Shown here: one piece after another, positions 15,895 through 20,000 of the stretch | How positions within the stretch are numbered: position 1 is the stretch's first letter | Layout: each line of letters begins with the position of its first letter | Source of the DNA: an uncultured virus (IMG/VR IMGVR_UViG_3300020171_002032) | Lineage: Duplodnaviria > Heunggongvirae > Uroviricota > Caudoviricetes | IMG/VR virus record: IMGVR_UViG_3300020171_002032 | DNA: 20,000 bases | Reading direction: 5' to 3' (one strand) | The notes under the pieces: model-generated | Seen by the model: the letters and a program-made list of their open reading frames with translations, nothing else | Told to the model about the DNA's origin: nothing | Databases searched by the model: none | Position numbers and translations under genes: made by a program

Positions 15895-16632
15895 TCATTG
15901 TTTGCGTAGAATAAAATATAATGTAAGAATTCCAACACTGCCAGCTAGGAGAACCTGCCAAGTTTCGATGTATTGAAGATTGATATTTGGATTCCGTGTC
16001 GCATAAACAAAGGGATAAAATCCATATCGGCGCAAGGTCTTTGTTCGGAAGCCGTTCTCTCGTAGAAAAGTTTCTATCTGTCCAGCATCTTCTTGAGAAT
16101 GGTACGCAGCTATAGCGAAGTTGTCAATATTCGGCAACATTTCGCTTGCTCCTTCTAGGATATGCATAGCCGCGCCTTCAGCATCGATTTTCACGAAATC
16201 TACATGCGTAATGCCAAGCTTGGGAAGAACTCTGTCAAGCCTTCCCACTTTAACATTTATGCCATCAGCGCAGTTCATGATACTGCTACCAGTAAGAACT
16301 GGTGTAGGACAAATAACCTTACAAGTGCATTCGTTCCAAAGGCCCATTTGCACAGGCACGATATTTATGGCTTGATTCGCCTCTATGTTCTCAACCAACG
16401 CCTTGTAACTCATTGGTTCAGGTTCGAAAGCGATTATCTTTCCAATGGTTCCTACTTTCTGAGAGGCATAAAATGAGAAGAATCCAATACTTGCGCCAAT
16501 ATCAACTACGGTCATGCCAGTCTCAAGAGGGATCAACTTGTCGTATACATGGTCTCGCCAGATCTCGGGTGCTGGTCTGAGGTCGCAATTCTGAGGAACT
16601 GAAGCGAGAGTTAATCCATCATAGACAAACAT
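15895..16632 (-). CDS. FkbM-family methyltransferase with a C-terminal membrane anchor
   Basis: VVDIGASIGFFS, IIAFEPEP, N....I.PVQMGL, RLD, DFVKIDAEGA..ILEGA. Ends in WQVLLAGSVGILTLYFILRKQ. Confidence 0.9.
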   Translation of the reverse strand: MFVYDGLTLASVPQNCDLRPAPEIWRDHVYDKLIPLETGMTVVDIGASIGFFSFYASQKVGTIGKIIAFEPEPMSYKALVENIEANQAINIVPVQMGLWNECTCKVICPTPVLTGSSIMNCADGINVKVGRLDRVLPKLGITHVDFVKIDAEGAAMHILEGASEMLPNIDNFAIAAYHSQEDAGQIETFLRENGFRTKTLRRYGFYPFVYATRNPNINLQYIETWQVLLAGSVGILTLYFILRKQ

Positions 16633-16704
16633 TTTGTTCCATATATCGTATAGCTGTTCGTCATTTAATTGTTATTCCTAATACACGGCATCGATTCGGT
16701 GCAG

Positions 16705-16938
16705 TTAATGAGGTTTAACTGCGCCTATGGTCGCGGTAATGTTCTCCTTTATCTTACAACTAGGACATTGAATCCAGACTTGGCCATTCTCATCTTTCCA
16801 AGCATCCATTTTCACAGTTTTTCCTTCTTTCATACAAGAGCGACAAACGTAATCCCATGTGAGATATTCGCCCCAACGTTCATTATGATCTTTATGAGTA
16901 AAAGTATATGCACAGATTGGATGAGTCTTGATTGGCAA
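16705..16938 (-). CDS. Small zinc-finger protein
   Basis: CRSC ... CPSC. TTG start behind AAGGTGG. Confidence 0.72.
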   Translation of the reverse strand: MPIKTHPICAYTFTHKDHNERWGEYLTWDYVCRSCMKEGKTVKMDAWKDENGQVWIQCPSCKIKENITATIGAVKPH

Positions 16939-16966
16939 TGCAGTTAAGCCACCTTAAACGAAAACA

Positions 16967-17221
16967 CTATTCTTTGAACTGCCTCTTAGTTTCATCGCCA
17001 ATATTTGATCCTATAATAAAACCTTTCTTGAAGAATTCCTCCATGGTCAATACGCCTGACTGTAAGCCAGCATGTAGCTCTGGTAGTTTGACGAGTAATT
17101 GATTCACAAGTTGGGTCAGTAGCTCCTTAATATAGGCTTCAAGAGCCTCTTCCTTGATATCCTTCTTTGCAAAAAGTTGAACGACCTCTCTTGGGACTTC
17201 AACTTCAAGAGTGATTTTCAT
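16967..17221 (-). CDS. Small hypothetical protein (possible ribbon-helix-helix-like N-terminus)
   Basis: AGGAG RBS. MKITLEVEVPREVVQLF is a beta-strand then helix pattern. Confidence 0.7.
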   Translation of the reverse strand: MKITLEVEVPREVVQLFAKKDIKEEALEAYIKELLTQLVNQLLVKLPELHAGLQSGVLTMEEFFKKGFIIGSNIGDETKRQFKE

Positions 17222-17260
17222 AGAATCACATGCTCCTATTACCTCTGCGGTTATAAGAAC

Positions 17261-17350
17261 TTAACTGCGTCGCCTTTTTGGACAGTTGCCTCTTCCTCTT
17301 CCTGTTCGTGGGCCTTTCCCATTTGGCCCAGTGCCGTCATGATTCGGAAT
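17261..17350 (-). CDS. DUF5320-like Gly/Arg-rich peptide (29 aa) with ATT start
   Basis: (M)PNHDGTGPNGKGPRTGRGRGNCPKRRRS matches the DUF5320 N-terminal signature MPxxDGTGPxGxGPxTGRGxGxC. ATT sits at the Met position, 7 nt after GGAGG (17362-17358), with no in-frame ATG/GTG/TTG upstream. Confidence 0.75.
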   Translation of the reverse strand: MPNHDGTGPNGKGPRTGRGRGNCPKRRRS

Positions 17351-17366
17351 ATTATCGCCTCCTGAA

Positions 17367-17567
17367 TTATTTGGTTGCGTAGTACAGTCCTACTATGACG
17401 AGTGCTATGCCTCCAGCAATAGCAATGTAAGACCAGGTGTTGTTGGATGATAATGAGGCTGTTCCATAGTGTCTAGCGAGGCGTTCTTCATCTGTTCTGG
17501 GATATCCATATCTTCGTTCTCCAGCTCTACCAGTCTGTAGACCTGTTCCTTTGGTTGGTAGACTCAT
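17367..17567 (-). CDS. Small protein with a basic N-terminus and C-terminal TM helix
   Basis: MSLPTKGTGLQTGRAGERRYGYPRTDEERLARH...WSYIAIAGGIALVIVGLYYATK. Confidence 0.75.
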   Translation of the reverse strand: MSLPTKGTGLQTGRAGERRYGYPRTDEERLARHYGTASLSSNNTWSYIAIAGGIALVIVGLYYATK

Positions 17568-17654
17568 AAAATCAACCAATACGAAGGTATGAGAAGGTTA
17601 GAATTTAGATGTTTCCTTTAGATTCTAAACTGCTCTTAAATAGTGTTAACCGCA

Positions 17655-17834
17655 TTATTCTGTCGGGCACTTGAGCCTTTCTTTAACACGCAAAAACTCA
17701 TCTAGAAACTCCAAGTCCCTACGAAACTTGTCATAATCAGACTTGAAGTAGTGATCTAAAACCTCAACAAGCATTCTCGTCTCAATCTGACCAAAACATT
17801 GACATACGAATTTCTTTTGTTCAGCGGCATCCAT
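17655..17834 (-). CDS. Small hypothetical protein (59 aa)
   Basis: MDAAEQKKFVCQCFGQIETRMLVEVLDHYFKSDYDKFRRDLEFLDEFLRVKERLKCPTE. Overlaps the upstream stop; below the ORF-track cut-off. Confidence 0.62.
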   Translation of the reverse strand: MDAAEQKKFVCQCFGQIETRMLVEVLDHYFKSDYDKFRRDLEFLDEFLRVKERLKCPTE

Positions 17835-17991
17835 ATTCTAGAGCTTCCCGTGCCATTTTCATCTGTTCTTCAAGTGGTTTTTTCAGATATTCTTCAAAAA
17901 GTCGTTTTAAACGCTCTAAGGCCTCTTGCTCTCTAGATTTCATTTCCTCTGATTGAGTTCGAAGTCTGAGAAGACAGTCTGCTTCAGACAT
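17821..17991 (-). CDS. Small helical hypothetical protein (56 aa)
   Basis: MSEADCLLRLRTQSEEMKSREQEALERLKRLFEEYLKKPLEEQMKMAREALEYGCR. Fills the gap in the same-strand gene run. Confidence 0.6.
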   Translation of the reverse strand: MSEADCLLRLRTQSEEMKSREQEALERLKRLFEEYLKKPLEEQMKMAREALEYGCR

Positions 17992-18070
17992 ATGATCCAC
18001 ACTTTACGCATATGGTATTTCTGAGGTAAAAGGTTATCTGCACACGCTTATAGGCATTTAACCGCGCGAA

Positions 18071-18832
18071 CTAAATGAAGGCCGTGAGTTTTTCTGGTAT
18101 TGTTGCAAGACGCTTCTGTGCGATTTCGACATATTTAGAGCTAATATCGATCCCGATGAAATATCGTTTTAGTTTTCTACACGCGATAGCTGTCCATCCG
18201 ACACCTATGCAAGGATCTAGAACACAATCGTTCTCCAGTAAATAGGTTTTGACCAAGTATTCGGCAAGTTCAACGGGTTTTTCAGTAGGGTGCAAGGCTA
18301 CTGAGGAATGGGGTTTAGGTATGGAGATTATTGAAGTTGGATGCTTAAAGTAACCATCTCTTTCGGAATTGTCAACTTCTTTATGTTCTCCATAATTTCT
18401 ACGAGCGACGCGGAGTTTAGTTCCTCTACTATGACTTTTCTGACCTGCCACTTTCTGAGGAAAATAACGCGCTGTTTTTTCATAGAAGATCAGGATGTGT
18501 TCATGCACTCTTAATGGCATTTTATTAGCGTTTAGAAATCCTGAAACAAGGATTTTGTTCCAAATCAAGTCATACTTGAACCAGCTTCTATTTGAAAGAA
18601 TAAGGTCAATAGTGTAAGGAAACTGGGATGTAAGAATGACTGTTCCAGTATCAGGTTTTAGAAGACGTTTCCATTGGCCCCATAAGAGATCTAACGGAAG
18701 CTTGATGTCTTCTCTATTTTGAGTCACTCCATAAGGCAGATCGGTGAGAATTAAATCGATACTTTTCTCAGGGAGATCCTTCATTACTTCTAGGCAGTCA
18801 CCACAGATTATTTGATTTACGGGTAGCTCCAA
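18071..18832 (-). CDS. Orphan DNA methyltransferase, N6-adenine/N4-cytosine (beta class)
   Basis: IICGDCLEVMK, IDLILTDLPY (motif IV), HEHILIF, HPTEKP, VLDPCIGVGWT (variant motif I), FIGIDIS..Y..IAQKRL. No adjacent restriction endonuclease. Confidence 0.93.
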   Translation of the reverse strand: MELPVNQIICGDCLEVMKDLPEKSIDLILTDLPYGVTQNREDIKLPLDLLWGQWKRLLKPDTGTVILTSQFPYTIDLILSNRSWFKYDLIWNKILVSGFLNANKMPLRVHEHILIFYEKTARYFPQKVAGQKSHSRGTKLRVARRNYGEHKEVDNSERDGYFKHPTSIISIPKPHSSVALHPTEKPVELAEYLVKTYLLENDCVLDPCIGVGWTAIACRKLKRYFIGIDISSKYVEIAQKRLATIPEKLTAFI

Positions 18833-18846
18833 TATCCAACCTTCGT

Positions 18847-19554
18847 TTAATTAGATATATCCGCGTGGTGTTCTGGATGCCAGCTCTTTTCGCCACTCGC
18901 CATGTCGATGAGAATCCATCTTCCATCTTTAGCCTTGCAGAAGTCTACGGACCAGTAGCCTTGGAATTGTTGAGCTACGATTTCCGCATAGTGAGTGAGA
19001 AGTTCGATTTCTTCTTTGGTTTCAGTATTGAGTTTCTTTGAGACTTTCCTCCAATCTGGGATGCTCGGTTCCTTTGAATCAGCTATTGCTTCTTCAATCC
19101 AGTACGGATGATGACAAACGACTTTTCCATCTTTAATGAAGTATCGTCTTTCAGGGTTTACGGGCATGTCGCCATAGAAAGCGGTAAATCCACTGTCCAT
19201 TGGGATATACTCTCGAACTACGAGCGCTTTGAAGTTCAAGCCCATGATATCTGCGCAAAGGTTGAAAGAGACAACCTCGAAAATATGACTCCATAACTCG
19301 TCGGGCTTATCTACAAAACAGGATTTTTTCCAGTCATGTTTGCCACTTGCGAGATCTGTTCTGAGGAAACATGGGTAGCCCATTTTGTCGCAAAGAGGTT
19401 TGACTCCTTTAACCAGAACATCAGGAACATTTTCGTTAATCAGGCTCTTCAATTCTCTTTCGTTTAAAATGAGAATTTCAGTCTTTGGTTGTGGGATAGG
19501 CAGATTCTTGATTTTCGGATACCAGACCAACATACTATCAGATTCGACTTTCAT
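18847..19554 (-). CDS. ATP-grasp fold protein (R2K/Cdc123-like clade)
   Basis: PCFLRTD..SGKHDW, LVVREYI, ERRYFI.DGKV, WSVDF, WILIDM match ATP-grasp motif order. GAGG RBS. Confidence 0.72.
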   Translation of the reverse strand: MKVESDSMLVWYPKIKNLPIPQPKTEILILNERELKSLINENVPDVLVKGVKPLCDKMGYPCFLRTDLASGKHDWKKSCFVDKPDELWSHIFEVVSFNLCADIMGLNFKALVVREYIPMDSGFTAFYGDMPVNPERRYFIKDGKVVCHHPYWIEEAIADSKEPSIPDWRKVSKKLNTETKEEIELLTHYAEIVAQQFQGYWSVDFCKAKDGRWILIDMASGEKSWHPEHHADISN

Positions 19555-19589
19555 AATTCAACCTCATTCATCGCTTAATGCACATTATC

Positions 19590-19942
19590 TGATGGACTTT
19601 TAGGGAGGCTGTAGCCCTCAAGCTTCATACCTTCTCCAGACACACCACGAAGCACACGCTAACACATCTAGTACCCATGTCGATTGGACATTATGTGTTT
19701 CTGCTAACGATTAGCAGTCGTGGCTGGCTCTCTGGGACTCCCTGACACCCTCTGGATTATGAGACCAGTTGTGTCTTCGGGTGCCGAGCGCCTTCCAACA
19801 CCTACTAATGGTGTTTTAGCACCTTAAGATGGTGCTTTGAACCTCCTTCACCGATGGTTCTTAGTTCCTCCTAGGGTTTAGGAACGTAGTAGCTCCGACA
19901 GAAGCTACTTTGGCCTAGTCTGCTAGAGGACACCAACCTCAC
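19590..19942 (-). ncRNA. Putative structured non-coding RNA or long structured 5' leader (unassigned family)
   Basis: No ORF >=60 aa. At least 9 hairpins, including five back-to-back. A G-U wobble in the 19888-19909 stem works only on the minus strand. BRE/TATA about 29 nt upstream. Confidence 0.6.
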
Positions 19943-19962
19943 TCTAGAGATTGTTGTTGGAT

Positions 19963-19979
19963 AATAAAAGGCTTTTTGC
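19963..19979 (-). promoter_or_regulatory. Archaeal BRE+TATA promoter (GCAAAAAGCCTTTTATT) driving the structured region
   Basis: Same motif as 9822-9837 except for one extra A. Predicts a start near 19940. Confidence 0.62.
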
Positions 19980-20000
19980 GCTTATACCACGTTAACTGCA

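Noticed and set aside
17251..17340. ATG-initiated 29-aa ORF MTALGQMGKAHEQEEEEATVQKGDAVKFL
   Set aside because: Its ATG is 17 nt from the GGAGG RBS, and the overlapping ATT frame matches the DUF5320 signature.
18071..19554. Restriction-modification system
   Set aside because: The neighbour of the methyltransferase has ATP-grasp rather than PD-(D/E)xK or HNH motifs, so the MTase is treated as an orphan.
65..19603. Many alternative-frame and antisense ORFs in the track (e.g. 65-298, 673-882, 1781-2044, 2329-2643, 4581-4934, 5442-5750, 11106-11531, 13575-13946, 16162-16476, 19385-19603)
   Set aside because: They lie within better-supported genes and have no motifs or RBS; these are shadow ORFs.
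19825..19850. tRNA T-loop-like GGTTCAAAG on the minus strand
   Set aside because: The flanking 5-bp T-stem does not pair, and no cloverleaf can be built.
19797..19909. CRISPR or TIGR-type guide array
   Set aside because: No identical direct repeats, units are only 21-25 nt, no box C/D-like motifs are evident, and there is no cas or Nop-domain gene in the window.
19590..19942. Assignment to RNase P, SRP, cobalamin riboswitch, group I intron or IscB omega-RNA/HEARO
   Set aside because: Only short fragments resemble these (CAGACTAG, CTACGTT, AAAGTCC). Ordered core motifs are missing and no iscB/tnpB follows. Needs cmscan to exclude formally.

Overview
Gene-dense archaeal DNA: TATA/BRE-type promoters, GGAGG/GGTGA ribosome-binding sites, many TTG/GTG starts and tightly overlapping stop/start codons. 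It is most consistent with a virus, provirus or other mobile element of an uncultured archaeon (Bathyarchaeia-like is a guess from style). No capsid, terminase, integrase or polymerase hallmark is recognisable. 1-9.5 kb is a divergent glycan synthesis/modification cluster around a small winged-helix regulator: two GT4s, a GT2-like enzyme, a polysaccharide pyruvyl-transferase-like protein, two NDP-sugar epimerases/dehydratases, a B12-radical SAM enzyme and two class I methyltransferases, one fused to Trm112. 9.5-18 kb holds short orphan genes: beta-rich and membrane-anchored proteins, Zn-fingers, a half-ferritin, a membrane-anchored FkbM methyltransferase and a DUF5320-like peptide. 18-19.5 kb encodes an orphan DNA methyltransferase and an ATP-grasp (R2K-like) protein. 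Most notable: (i) a ~390-nt ORF-free, promoter-preceded, highly structured region at ~19555-19940 with five back-to-back hairpins, a candidate novel ncRNA or leader; (ii) three genes that appear to start at non-canonical codons (ATA/ATT, ACG, ATT) behind good RBSs, missed or truncated by the ORF track.
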